Shown: piece by piece, positions 45,791 through 55,655 of the stretch
How the letters are laid out: each line of letters begins with the position of its first letter
Numbering within the stretch: position 1 is the stretch's first letter
Virus record (IMG/VR): IMGVR_UViG_3300005613_000070
Span: 1 to 60,570 of that record
Length of the DNA: 60,570 nt
Origin: a virus
Taxonomy: Duplodnaviria > Caudoviricetes
Direction: 5' to 3' (one strand)
Made by a program: the position numbers and the translations under genes
The notes under the pieces: generated by a model
What the model was told of the DNA's origin: nothing
The model's input: only the letters and a program-made list of their open reading frames with translations
The model's database searches: none

Positions 45791-46927
45791 TCACTTTGTA
45801 CCTCTCATTATATATCTACTTAAAAGAATAATAACGATACAACAGATTGACCATGTATAAAAAACCTCATTCCATCCTACTTTCAGTATGAATGGTACAA
45901 TAACTCCTGTCAGCATAGCTCCAATATATCCCATACCATCTATCGTTCCCGTAGAAGAGGCTGTAATTTTTCTATCTATATATCTGCCAGGAACAGTAGT
46001 TACGAAAAATACATGAGGCCCATAGAGAAAAAAGCCAGAAGCAACTATTAATACACTTGATAAAAATCCCACTGTAAATGGATACAAACCTATTACTATC
46101 ATTAATCCTATCATATATAATATTGTCAATACCTCTTTACTTTTGCCAAACTTGTTATAAAGCAAAGTTCCGATACATCCAGCAACAGGAATCAAAAATA
46201 TCTTTAGTCCAACTTTAGCAATACTCAGATTATGAACTTCAAACAAGTATAGAGGCACCCAAACAATTACTCCATACCTTACAAAGTTCAATATAGCTAA
46301 AGCTGTACCAGCTAATATTACTGGTAAAATAAGAGTTTTCTTTATCTGCTGGGAAGTAGTTCTTTTTGTCCGTGGTATGTCAGGTTTATTAATCTGTAAT
46401 GTTATACCTCTTAAGAACATTATTATCGCAGCAAACCAGAAGCCCCACTGCCATCCAAGATAATGTATTACAAATCCAGTAATTAACCATGCTACTGAAT
46501 TTCCTACTTGGTAAGATGTTCCAAGAATAGTAGTAGCTTTCTCTTTTTCTTTAATATGGATAGTAGAAGTTGCTCTCACACAGGATGACCAGCCCATCGA
46601 CTGGAAGAACCCATCCATCATCTCTCCAAAGAACAATATGAAGAATAACCCTCCGGAGAAGCCCAGAATGGTATTCATCATTGCCGACAGCATCAATCCA
46701 AGACTCATATAGGTGAAAGGATTGAACCTCTCCGAAAAGAAACCATGCAGAAACTGCCCCACCGCATAGGCGAACAAAAAGGCACTCGCTACTGCTCCCA
46801 ACTGGTGCTTCGACAGACCATAGCTGACAATCAGCAGAGGGATGATCAATGACAGGTTGACCTTCCCGAAATAGTATGTTGCATATGAAGTCCACAAGTT
46901 TGCGAAGTTTCTATTAATCCACTTCAT
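45791..46927 (-). CDS. MFS transporter, GlpT/UhpT organophosphate antiporter-like
   Basis: YATYYFGKVNLS, GFFQSMGW, GTIDGMGYIG motifs; many TM helices. Confidence 0.8.
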   Translation of the reverse strand: MKWINRNFANLWTSYATYYFGKVNLSLIIPLLIVSYGLSKHQLGAVASAFLFAYAVGQFLHGFFSERFNPFTYMSLGLMLSAMMNTILGFSGGLFFILFFGEMMDGFFQSMGWSSCVRATSTIHIKEKEKATTILGTSYQVGNSVAWLITGFVIHYLGWQWGFWFAAIIMFLRGITLQINKPDIPRTKRTTSQQIKKTLILPVILAGTALAILNFVRYGVIVWVPLYLFEVHNLSIAKVGLKIFLIPVAGCIGTLLYNKFGKSKEVLTILYMIGLMIVIGLYPFTVGFLSSVLIVASGFFLYGPHVFFVTTVPGRYIDRKITASSTGTIDGMGYIGAMLTGVIVPFILKVGWNEVFYTWSICCIVIILLSRYIMRGTK

Positions 46928-47324
46928 TTTTAATCTCCTCTTTAATCTTAGTTGAAGATTGTCCTTGATAGTATGGCATAACTACCATCCGTCCATCAAG
47001 GGATTTCATTAATGACTTACCATGAGCACGAAGTTTTTCGCTATGACTTGTACTTTCTACTAAAATATCCGCATTAACCATTTTAACGTTATCATGTGGT
47101 GCATAAGCTTCTTGGGGAATAGCAGAGTCAACACATTCTAATGCACTTATTAAAGCCAACCGTTCCGTAAACGGTATAATAGGTCGAGGCTTCTTTTCCA
47201 TTACTGCCTCATCTGTCAATACACCAACGATTAACTTATCACCTAATGCCTTTGCATTGAGTAAGTGTCTCAAATGTCCATAATGCAGAATGTCCCCAAC
47301 TACATATGCATAAACAATAATCAT
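46914..47324 (-). CDS. cytidylyltransferase (TagD/RfaE-like HxGH family)
   Basis: GDILHYGH, LIVGVLTD, ER, SSTKI motifs; start at ATG 47324. Confidence 0.85.
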   Translation of the reverse strand: MIIVYAYVVGDILHYGHLRHLLNAKALGDKLIVGVLTDEAVMEKKPRPIIPFTERLALISALECVDSAIPQEAYAPHDNVKMVNADILVESTSHSEKLRAHGKSLMKSLDGRMVVMPYYQGQSSTKIKEEIKNEVD

Positions 47325-49198
47325 AATTGATTTTCTGTCCTCATAACCTTCGGCCATAAATCACCTTCAGGCCCACAACGACTATCCAGCCAAGTATCTA
47401 TTTCAAGCTTCGAAGAATCTGTACCAAACTTCTCTATCCTCCATTTATCATGACTATATCTAGGTACCATCCAATCCTTACCATAGTGACAGACTATATA
47501 ATCCATTATATTATTTGGCATCGGATAAATTTCATCTAAAAAGTCTACCATTCGAGTCTTATTAAACCATCTAGCTCTCTCAACAAACTTTATACCAGGA
47601 GTAGTACGAGGATAGGATTCATAAAAGTAGCCTTTTTTATGATACAACCACAGATTGAGATTAACATTTCTTCTACCATATACAAAATCCTGCTTTGAGT
47701 TTCTAATTACAAAGCCAGCTTCCTTAAATCCTGTATAAATGAGCTTCCACTCCGAATCAGTTATCTCCTGAAAGATTGCAACATCTACATCTGTATCCCA
47801 ACTCATAATGTCTTTTTGTCGTACATATCCTAATACGATACCATCTATAATGACCCAAGGAACTCTTGCCCGATTAAATACGTCTTTACAGACAGCTAAG
47901 TCAGAGGCTATAAGATCTCTTTTAGATTCTAAAGGCTTGGAAATAACTACCTCTTCTTTCTCTACTTCTTCCTTCCTCCCATCTAAAATATCCTTCAATC
48001 TCTGACCTATAACTTTATAACTATGCTTCTCCTCAACCCACCGACGTGCTTTATGTTTCATAGTAAGTAATTCACTGCGATCCATTGTGAGAAGTTTCTT
48101 CAATATCTTCTTTAATTCATTGTCCGTATTCGCAACTATCAATCCATGTTCACCATACTCCTTTTTGTACTTTTTTTCAAAAAGGAAGTTGGTTATAGTT
48201 ATGCATCCCAAAGCACATGCCTCTAAAGCTGTTATACTCCAATCATGTTTATTTGTACCTTTCTCTACACCTTGACTAAGAGATTCTATATAAATGTCAC
48301 ACTCTGACATTCTCTGTAGATTCTCTTTCCAAGGTATTTGCGATGATTCACCAACCCTAAACTCAAAGCGATCTTTTAATTCACTCATCTCAAGAGAATC
48401 CATTACAAACTCAATCAAAGGAGTTCCTTTCGTAAGAGACCTTTTAAAACCTCCTTGATGACTAGTAAAATGCCCAATAATAATCTTATCCTCAGACTCG
48501 AAAGAGTACTTTGGCTTAATTCTTTTAGTATCAACAGGAGGCAACAGCCAATATTCATTCTTAGCACCTTTATTTAGAAGCTCACCTGTCTGCACCAAAC
48601 TTAGGTCAACTTTATCATTAAATACTTTATTCATCCCTACGGGATTCTTTCTATAATTTGTTCCTCCATGAAATACTACATACTTCTTGTCCTTCAGCAA
48701 ATCATAAGGAAGCTCCTGATAAGATGAATGCATCCATACAATGATGGAAGACCTCATTGCTGCCTCTGCAAGATCCCTCGCAAGATACTTATCCTTATAG
48801 CTATATATAATACTTTGCTCAGATTCATCCTTCCACAAAAGAGGCTGAGTAGATATTGCAACAGCATTGACACCAACAGACTTTAAACTTTCTGCAAGAG
48901 TGTATCCAAGAGATGCCCAATCCTTTATTGACAGAAACAGAACGTCTATATGTTTAGGCATTCCTTCAATAGGTCTTGGTGGTTTATGTTTTATAACTGG
49001 CGGAGGCAATTTAAGGTATTTATCTATATGAAACTTAGCTCTATTCTTACCATATTTACGAACCTTTCTGGATCTTACTTTCATAGGCAACTTTTTAAAT
49101 TCTATATCCAAAGATTCCTTTCGTCTCTCTCTTTGGGCAAGTACTTGTTCTCTATGTTCCTTCCGATTCTTAAGTTTCTGCTTTCTAGATATTATCAT
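47321..49198 (-). CDS. GT-B glycosyltransferase fused to a C-terminal LicD-family phosphotransferase
   Basis: TALEACALG (GT-B); GIVLGYVR...WDTDVDV...YGKDWMVP (LicD). Confidence 0.85.
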   Translation of the reverse strand: MIISRKQKLKNRKEHREQVLAQRERRKESLDIEFKKLPMKVRSRKVRKYGKNRAKFHIDKYLKLPPPVIKHKPPRPIEGMPKHIDVLFLSIKDWASLGYTLAESLKSVGVNAVAISTQPLLWKDESEQSIIYSYKDKYLARDLAEAAMRSSIIVWMHSSYQELPYDLLKDKKYVVFHGGTNYRKNPVGMNKVFNDKVDLSLVQTGELLNKGAKNEYWLLPPVDTKRIKPKYSFESEDKIIIGHFTSHQGGFKRSLTKGTPLIEFVMDSLEMSELKDRFEFRVGESSQIPWKENLQRMSECDIYIESLSQGVEKGTNKHDWSITALEACALGCITITNFLFEKKYKKEYGEHGLIVANTDNELKKILKKLLTMDRSELLTMKHKARRWVEEKHSYKVIGQRLKDILDGRKEEVEKEEVVISKPLESKRDLIASDLAVCKDVFNRARVPWVIIDGIVLGYVRQKDIMSWDTDVDVAIFQEITDSEWKLIYTGFKEAGFVIRNSKQDFVYGRRNVNLNLWLYHKKGYFYESYPRTTPGIKFVERARWFNKTRMVDFLDEIYPMPNNIMDYIVCHYGKDWMVPRYSHDKWRIEKFGTDSSKLEIDTWLDSRCGPEGDLWPKVMRTENQL

Positions 49199-49213
49199 GC
49201 TTTATATCTCTCC

Positions 49214-49630
49214 TTATTCATTTATCAACTCAAAATGAGGTAGATCATTAAATTTTTGATTCCTTACATAAGTATCCATATCCCAATCGCCTCCCCATCT
49301 GATAGGAATTTTCTTCTCTCTTGCTATCTCTATTACTATACCTGCAAAATAATACCAACGAAATAGATACTTCTTTTCCCACCTTATATGAGGCTTTTCT
49401 GCATAATAAGGAGCAACATCTACGGCCATTGAAGGCATCTTATTATGCATGCTATCAGGCCATCTACATCTTGATCTGCCCCATTCAAACAACTGATCTT
49501 GCCTCGCCTTATCTCTATGACCTTCAAGAATAGAGCAATCGAAGACCATAATGACTTCAGTAAATAGCTCCTGCAATAAGGGATGGCAGGTATTTAGTTT
49601 CTCTTTCGATATTTTCCCATATTCTGGCAT
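49214..49630 (-). CDS. endolysin, M15 L-Ala-D-Glu peptidase
   Basis: EGHR..ARQ, SMH...AVD, WGGDW, DLPHFEL motifs. Confidence 0.9.
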   Translation of the reverse strand: MPEYGKISKEKLNTCHPLLQELFTEVIMVFDCSILEGHRDKARQDQLFEWGRSRCRWPDSMHNKMPSMAVDVAPYYAEKPHIRWEKKYLFRWYYFAGIVIEIAREKKIPIRWGGDWDMDTYVRNQKFNDLPHFELINE

Positions 49631-49641
49631 TTGTCTCCTTT

Positions 49642-49664
49642 ATAATTTCAGCCGTTGAAAATAC
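49642..49664. promoter_or_regulatory. 23-bp palindromic site, copy 6
   Basis: ATAATTTCA-GCCGT-TGAAAATAC between portal and endolysin. Confidence 0.7.
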
Positions 49665-49670
49665 AAAGCT

Positions 49671-50918
49671 TTATGTCCTTGCCTCCGAATATTCAGTAAG
49701 CCTCGCATATCGTTTCAAATAATTCCTAAGCTCATCGTTAAGAGCTATTGCCTCGACACCAATTAACTTAGCAACATAGTCGGCCATATCACGTATAGCC
49801 TGTCTCCTAATAGGTGTATGAACAATATAAGGTAGAGGTCCTGACTTCCCATTCAATCTGAATAAAAGGTCTACTGCCTGACGATTAAATGCTCCAGCAA
49901 TGTAATCTGCAAATCCTTCAAGACTTACATAAAACATATCAATAAGCTCTTTTGCCAAAGCATACGACCCTGTACGCTCCATTCCAAGCATTATAAACTG
50001 AGCAAGCATAGAAATAGCTATCTCCTTAGCATAGCGATTAATTATTGCTGAGACATCAACTTGCTTTGCTCCTGGAGACGAAACTAACTTAAATTCCCAT
50101 CCATGTGGTAACAAGATTCCATCCTGTTCATCAACACGGATATTTGAGAGTATCTTTTTAGCCCAATTTATAGCAACCTCATTCTCATCACCTTCTGTTT
50201 TCATTCCCTCAGGCAACGTTATTGTAGGAATGCCAACTAAGTCACGTTCAGCCCCAATAGCTTCAATCTCTTCAAGACCTTTACGAAAGTACCAACTTCT
50301 ATAGGCATTCCGCAAAATTGACCGTCCCTCTGGATTATTTGCCCTGCTTTCTGTTCGCAATAGAATGCTCTTCCTCAAAGGAATATACTTAAGATCAAAA
50401 CTAGGAGGTGGTCGCTGCCAGATACCTACTGTCTCACCATTATCTAGCATTTCCCACCTTTCAAGAGATGACTGTGCACGAAGTGGTATCTTCTTCCATA
50501 CAACTTTTCCATCTTTACGAAGTGTAAAGACCTGCTCAAACCATGCCCATCCATAGATGAACATACTCATAGCCTCGGAAATAAAATCCGACCACATATG
50601 AGTCATACTACGCATATTCTCCTCTAAGAATTGTGCGTCCTCATCATCTTTAATTTTCCTGTTTGGATCTGCAGGCTTCACTGTCCAACGAGTTTCACGA
50701 ATGATCTGCCGTATTGCATGAAGACAAGCTCCGACGATGGAATCATTGTCCGACATCTCACGATAGACCTTAATGCCCTGTGAACCTCGCAACTGAACAA
50801 GAAACTCATCTGTTACATATCCAAGGTATGACCAATTCAATCCAGACTTACCAATTTCTGTGCGATACAAACCTGATGGCTTCTTCACCTTCGGTGCTTT
50901 TTTCTTTTTCCTAGCCAT
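49671..50918 (-). CDS. portal protein (DUF935/Mu gp29-like)
   Basis: NPEGRSILRNAYRSW, ERDLVGIP, GSYALA motifs; follows TerL. Confidence 0.85.
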   Translation of the reverse strand: MARKKKKAPKVKKPSGLYRTEIGKSGLNWSYLGYVTDEFLVQLRGSQGIKVYREMSDNDSIVGACLHAIRQIIRETRWTVKPADPNRKIKDDEDAQFLEENMRSMTHMWSDFISEAMSMFIYGWAWFEQVFTLRKDGKVVWKKIPLRAQSSLERWEMLDNGETVGIWQRPPPSFDLKYIPLRKSILLRTESRANNPEGRSILRNAYRSWYFRKGLEEIEAIGAERDLVGIPTITLPEGMKTEGDENEVAINWAKKILSNIRVDEQDGILLPHGWEFKLVSSPGAKQVDVSAIINRYAKEIAISMLAQFIMLGMERTGSYALAKELIDMFYVSLEGFADYIAGAFNRQAVDLLFRLNGKSGPLPYIVHTPIRRQAIRDMADYVAKLIGVEAIALNDELRNYLKRYARLTEYSEART

Positions 50919-53418
50919 GTAATCCACTCCATCTTGATTGTCTTCTACCAAAATTACGACGTCCCATAGACCAGATTGGTTCTTTCTTAAGATCTTTATT
51001 TACTTCAAGAACGCCTGCAGGTACAACATAAGCAGGTATATAACTTCCACAAAGGTCAGAATCGAGAAATGAATACATCAAAGCATCAAAGTAATCAGGC
51101 GACTTCATTGAGCGTGCCAGCATATCCTCCTTAGACTCTATTTTAATCTTCAAAGTTGGTGTTGGCTTTACTCTAATATCACCTAGCTCAACAATGACCC
51201 GATCAGGCCACTTTTCACACCACAACTTAGGAATTAATTCACGAAGTTCCCAACAACCTTGAGCTCTAATGTTAATGTACCTTTCGGGCTGTCCAGCTGT
51301 AGCAGCACCTATAACAGGTACAATCATATCTCCATAGATAAGTTTAAGATCATCATAAACACCTGCTCCAATTCCAATAGCGTCAACCTTCACTTTTGTA
51401 GGCTTAAATTCATTAATATATTCTCCGACCCATTTAACAATCTCAGGTGTATCAGTAACTAATCCTTTCTTAAAGCGTTCATCCCAATGTAATACATTAA
51501 GTCCTTGACGTATACAGAGAACACTTGCAGCATGAGATCTTCCAACATCAAGCCCAAATTCAATAGGAAAACCCTCTACTGAATTCTTTGAGTTATTCTC
51601 CATAACGTCTATGAAATCAGGTGGAATAAGAGTATACTCATCAGCCTCCGGAAACTCTCCCAGAACTTTAATTCCAAAGATGGGATGATCCTTACCGTAA
51701 CGTGACATCATCATTTCAATGTACCGTTCGCTGACCCGTGGAGAATTATAACACGAAACATGCATCAGCTCATAAAACTTTCTCATCTCTGGTTTATAGA
51801 ATATATCATGAAAGAATCCCTTTGTTCTTGTTGGATTTCCTGCGAGAAAGGCATATGCGCCGCCACCTGTAAGTGCACCTTCAACAGCAGGATAGACAGA
51901 ATCTTGTACTCCACTAGCCTCATCAATCAGAAAAAGTAGATCTTTCTCTGCGTGAAAGCCCTGGAGCCCTTCCACCACATCACTTCCTGGTTTCACCTGT
52001 GCTGTTCGAGCAACAGCATACCATTCAGGTTCGTGTCCCCTGACAGCAACCTTTGTTTGAGTCCAGATCAACAGTTTATTTAGGAAAGGGCTTCGATTAA
52101 TCCACTTAAAGTGTTCTGCCCAAAGAACATCAAAGAGCTGATGCTGTGATGGTGCAGTTGATGGAACTTTGGCATATGGTCTAGTAGAAAGGAACCAAAG
52201 TGTAGCTGCACTCATCAAAAAAGTATTATGCTCTATTGTATCAGAAAAGAAAGTGTGATCTCCAGGTACAGATATACTATAAGTTTCCCTCGGCCCAATC
52301 TCCTGAATATCAGTTACTTTATCATCTCCAGAGTTTTTCTCACTGTTTCTTACTCTCTTAGATGCTGCGGCTTTTACCTCCTGAACAGTTTCTTCTTTAC
52401 CATATATACCAATATTATTAATAAACTCCAGCAAATTATACTTAGAATACATTCCTAGATTCCAAGATATATAAGGACGGTTGTTATCATATCTTAAGTA
52501 TTGCATCTTCGCTTTTACAGTAGCCATAATCCCAAAACGCCTCAACAACCTTTGTATATCTCGTACTAAATTATAAGAGATGCTATCATATTCGATTCTC
52601 GCAGCATTTTTTGGATCATTCTTTTTAACAAAGGCATATCCGTCAGTAGAAAATAAACGTGAAAGAAACAAAGCAACCTTTTCATTACTCATCATAAAAA
52701 CTTGAGTTGGAATTTGCTTCGTCTTAGCTTTATGCCCAATAAAATGGTCATACTTACTGAAAATATCCCTAAAAAGACCTCTATTTACAATACGATAGTC
52801 ATAAGGTCTATGACCGCTATGGAGTTCACATCCTATATTTTCAATGCATGTCCTAAACTCTTTTAATTGTTTGTTAGGCTTCTGTGTAAAGGTAAAAGCT
52901 TTCGTTGAGCCGTCACCAATCATATATGCCAAGACCTTTAACTCATCATCACTGATACTATAATTAGTACCTTTGAAAGGTAGCTCAACAGGAGATACTA
53001 AACAATCGTCTATATTTAACTCAGATGCATTTTTCCATCCCATAGTTGTAAGAAAAGGATGATTCGCTGTCCTAACATATTTTCTACCAGCCTTCGTAAA
53101 AATTAGATAACAAGGTTCAACTCCGTTCGGTTCGATATAGGCTAATGCGGGTTTAAGATTTCCGTCCAAAATAGGTACAAACTTATCACACAAAGCCTCA
53201 ATTCGATGATAGATACCATTAGCATCAGGAATCTCACTTCCTTTAGCAAGGCATTTGCCTACTCCACTTCCTGATCGTATCGCAAGGAAATGATGCTTGG
53301 CCAGATTCCATAGAGCTTTTCTCTGCCAATCATCTAACTCCGTCTGCATAACTTCTAGAACGAAATCAACAGGATTGTCATGATAGTGATTAATTAAGTT
53401 AATTAGTTCTTGAGACAT
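50911..53418 (-). CDS. terL: terminase large subunit with intein
   Basis: RSGSGVGK|T Walker A, LIDEASG, GNPT, GLDVG, SPDYFDAL motifs. Confidence 0.95.
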   Translation of the reverse strand: MSQELINLINHYHDNPVDFVLEVMQTELDDWQRKALWNLAKHHFLAIRSGSGVGKCLAKGSEIPDANGIYHRIEALCDKFVPILDGNLKPALAYIEPNGVEPCYLIFTKAGRKYVRTANHPFLTTMGWKNASELNIDDCLVSPVELPFKGTNYSISDDELKVLAYMIGDGSTKAFTFTQKPNKQLKEFRTCIENIGCELHSGHRPYDYRIVNRGLFRDIFSKYDHFIGHKAKTKQIPTQVFMMSNEKVALFLSRLFSTDGYAFVKKNDPKNAARIEYDSISYNLVRDIQRLLRRFGIMATVKAKMQYLRYDNNRPYISWNLGMYSKYNLLEFINNIGIYGKEETVQEVKAAASKRVRNSEKNSGDDKVTDIQEIGPRETYSISVPGDHTFFSDTIEHNTFLMSAATLWFLSTRPYAKVPSTAPSQHQLFDVLWAEHFKWINRSPFLNKLLIWTQTKVAVRGHEPEWYAVARTAQVKPGSDVVEGLQGFHAEKDLLFLIDEASGVQDSVYPAVEGALTGGGAYAFLAGNPTRTKGFFHDIFYKPEMRKFYELMHVSCYNSPRVSERYIEMMMSRYGKDHPIFGIKVLGEFPEADEYTLIPPDFIDVMENNSKNSVEGFPIEFGLDVGRSHAASVLCIRQGLNVLHWDERFKKGLVTDTPEIVKWVGEYINEFKPTKVKVDAIGIGAGVYDDLKLIYGDMIVPVIGAATAGQPERYINIRAQGCWELRELIPKLWCEKWPDRVIVELGDIRVKPTPTLKIKIESKEDMLARSMKSPDYFDALMYSFLDSDLCGSYIPAYVVPAGVLEVNKDLKKEPIWSMGRRNFGRRQSRWSGLHG
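52225..53253 (-). mobile_element. intein (343 aa) with LAGLIDADG homing endonuclease
   Basis: Starts CLAKGS, ends EHN before Thr; TANHPF; LAYMIGDGS and LFSTDGY motifs. Confidence 0.92.
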
Positions 53419-53444
53419 GATTCATTATTTCTCTGAAATTATAG

Positions 53445-53747
53445 TTAAATAAGTGTCCATTTTTCCTTCTTCCAACCTTCGATCGGTATAATTACCATTC
53501 CCTGATCTGTCTTTACATAAATCCACTTTATATCGTAATCTTCAATCTCACCTTCAACTCCACGAATTCTCACTTTGCTTTTAAGCCCAAATTGTTCATT
53601 CATTCTAAATTTCAGATAACCTACTATCCTTAGTATAAAACTCTTTAGCATTAAAAGAATGATTCCAGCAGCTACAAGTTTGACTAGAAGCCAAAGCATC
53701 TGACCTTCTATTTGATCAATTATGTTCAAAATAAGTTGTTCATTCAT
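53445..53747 (-). CDS. small MscS beta-domain membrane protein
   Basis: TM helix followed by VRIRGVEGEIEDYD...VIIP. Confidence 0.6.
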   Translation of the reverse strand: MNEQLILNIIDQIEGQMLWLLVKLVAAGIILLMLKSFILRIVGYLKFRMNEQFGLKSKVRIRGVEGEIEDYDIKWIYVKTDQGMVIIPIEGWKKEKWTLI

Positions 53748-53768
53748 GAATAGTGCCTTCCTATATTC

Positions 53769-54194
53769 TTATCCCCTCAAGGAAATTCTTGTACCAAACC
53801 AGCTTGAGATAACTAACTCACAGGATAGTCTTACCCCAGTGAGAGTTGCGTTGTCCATATCTATCTGCTCTAGTAGGATCATAACTGCCATAACAGAAAG
53901 TACAATGAAAGAAAATATAACTCCTATAGGTCTGATAGAAGCTCTTAAATTGCTTACCCATCTGTCAATTTCTCCTATCACATCACGATTGAAAAAATCA
54001 ACCTTTGCTTTAGTATAACTGGATAATGCTTCAATATAAGGCCCTAAAGCTTCCGGCTTAACTGTGGCAAGTGTTCCCATCGTTCTTTCTGGTGTATCTT
54101 CCTCACCTTTAATAAATTTCTTCTTAATAAAATCAAATGCTGGTGGCACAATCAATCCACCTAATGTGACTATAAGATCAACTAATGGAAACAT
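53769..54194 (-). CDS. putative holin (3TM-like)
   Basis: WVSNLRASIRP then TM segments and WFGTR. Confidence 0.65.
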   Translation of the reverse strand: MFPLVDLIVTLGGLIVPPAFDFIKKKFIKGEEDTPERTMGTLATVKPEALGPYIEALSSYTKAKVDFFNRDVIGEIDRWVSNLRASIRPIGVIFSFIVLSVMAVMILLEQIDMDNATLTGVRLSCELVISSWFGTRISLRG

Positions 54195-54236
54195 TTTTCA
54201 CCTCCTATTCAAGACTTCAAAGTTTTAGGATATAGA

Positions 54237-54560
54237 TTACTCTGTCCTTCTACTTCCTAATTCCGTCTCAACCTTTCCAAGTTGATTACAGATATTCTTT
54301 TCTACCATATCCATTTTGTCCGTAACATTTCTCACCATAAGATCGATCTTTTGCTCTATCCTCTTTTGAGTTGCATCACAAGTATCCTCATAAATTACAC
54401 CATCCAACTTTCTCTCTAATATACTATCGAGTTCTTTTCGTGGAACTTCTTTCTGTTTAGATCCTTTTTTATTGTTCATAGATCTCAAAATTATACTCCC
54501 GCTCATAACAATGAAGGATGACGCAGGTATCGCAATAGTAATAGCAAGAGGCCATTCCAT
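54237..54560 (-). CDS. membrane-anchored coiled-coil protein (lysis-associated?)
   Basis: N-terminal TM then coiled coil. Confidence 0.55.
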   Translation of the reverse strand: MEWPLAITIAIPASSFIVMSGSIILRSMNNKKGSKQKEVPRKELDSILERKLDGVIYEDTCDATQKRIEQKIDLMVRNVTDKMDMVEKNICNQLGKVETELGSRRTE

Positions 54561-54671
54561 TATGCTGCACCTCCCCTGTAAATGTAAAAGAGCCCTTCTA
54601 AGGAAAGAGAGGGAGAGGGGGAAAAGAGAGGGAGAGGAAAAGGACCAGATTGGGAGATGCTCTCCATAAAA

Positions 54672-55154
54672 TTATGCATTACTAACCTCCATAATAAGTT
54701 CGTCTGATTCAGGAAGTTGCTTCTCTTTTGGCGTCACATCAAGGGGTTTTAGTCTATTTCTTTGATTATGTGCCTCTACAATAAGTTCAGCCAAGTCCAG
54801 TATTTTATCAATCTTAGTTGGAGCTTTTTTGTTTGTTCGATCAAGAATGTCCCAAGCTGACTTCATTCGGAGGCCTCGGTCAGCATCTTCATCTTTCATT
54901 GTGTCTACGTTAAACTGAGCTGCATCTGCTGATGCCTCCTCAAGAATCTGCATTGCGTCCTGCCGTGAGTCTAAAAACCTTTTCTCGGTTTCGTACTCAA
55001 GCTCAGCCAGTGCACTCATAAATAATGGATCAGAAAGCCAGTTTTGTACTGTCCCGTAAGATACACCCAATTCTTCGGATATTTCTTTTGGAGTCTCTGC
55101 TGTTATCATTCTCCTCATTGCTTCCCGCATTCTCGGAGTTAGCTTTTTCAGCAT
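54672..55154 (-). CDS. putative terminase small subunit (N-terminal HTH)
   Basis: EISEELGVSYGTVQNWL..P.F HTH; upstream of TerL. Confidence 0.7.
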   Translation of the reverse strand: MLKKLTPRMREAMRRMITAETPKEISEELGVSYGTVQNWLSDPLFMSALAELEYETEKRFLDSRQDAMQILEEASADAAQFNVDTMKDEDADRGLRMKSAWDILDRTNKKAPTKIDKILDLAELIVEAHNQRNRLKPLDVTPKEKQLPESDELIMEVSNA

Positions 55155-55210
55155 ACTTTTTATTTAACCTCTCAACTAATTTTTCAAGATCACACTTCAT
55201 AAAACTTCCT

Positions 55211-55525
55211 TTATAAGCTCTTTATCTTCATCATTACATCCACTTCCCATTTATTTCCAAGGGATGTACCTATCTTGAAAGTAATTTTATAAGGTGATAC
55301 ACTTGCAGTTCCAGCACGAACTTTTATTTCTAATCTTGTACCTGATACGGCTATAGTAGTTTGATCCAGTACTGTAGTAGATACATCAGTACCATCTTTA
55401 TCCTCTGCGACCACAGAAGATGTTACTAAGTCAGCCGTTTCACCAGTCTCTTTATTATCTATAAAGTCACCCCAGATAGAAAATTCCTCCCAAGGTTGCT
55501 TCTCAAATATTTCAGGAACAAACAT
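55211..55525 (-). CDS. putative fibre/adaptor structural protein
   Basis: KQPWE...DF...YKITF beta-sandwich pattern. Confidence 0.55.
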   Translation of the reverse strand: MFVPEIFEKQPWEEFSIWGDFIDNKETGETADLVTSSVVAEDKDGTDVSTTVLDQTTIAVSGTRLEIKVRAGTASVSPYKITFKIGTSLGNKWEVDVMMKIKSL

Positions 55526-55655
55526 TTTTCACCCTTGTAAATACTGTTTGACGGTACGGAGTACCAAAAACTGTGTCTCTTATAGTCTTGAACACTTGTT
55601 GCCTTTTAGGTGAAACAAAGATTTTGATCTCTTCTCTTTTAAAAATTACTTTCAC
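55512..55655 (-). CDS. small basic protein (47 aa, not in track)
   Basis: GTG start in a GTGA overlap with the upstream stop; fills the gap. Confidence 0.4.
   Translation of the reverse strand: MKVIFKREEIKIFVSPKRQQVFKTIRDTVFGTPYRQTVFTRVKNVCS

Noticed and set aside
37584-49198. Glycan island as host contamination
   Set aside because: It is co-oriented and tightly joined to phage genes on both sides with similar AT content and overlap style; read mapping would still be the decisive test.
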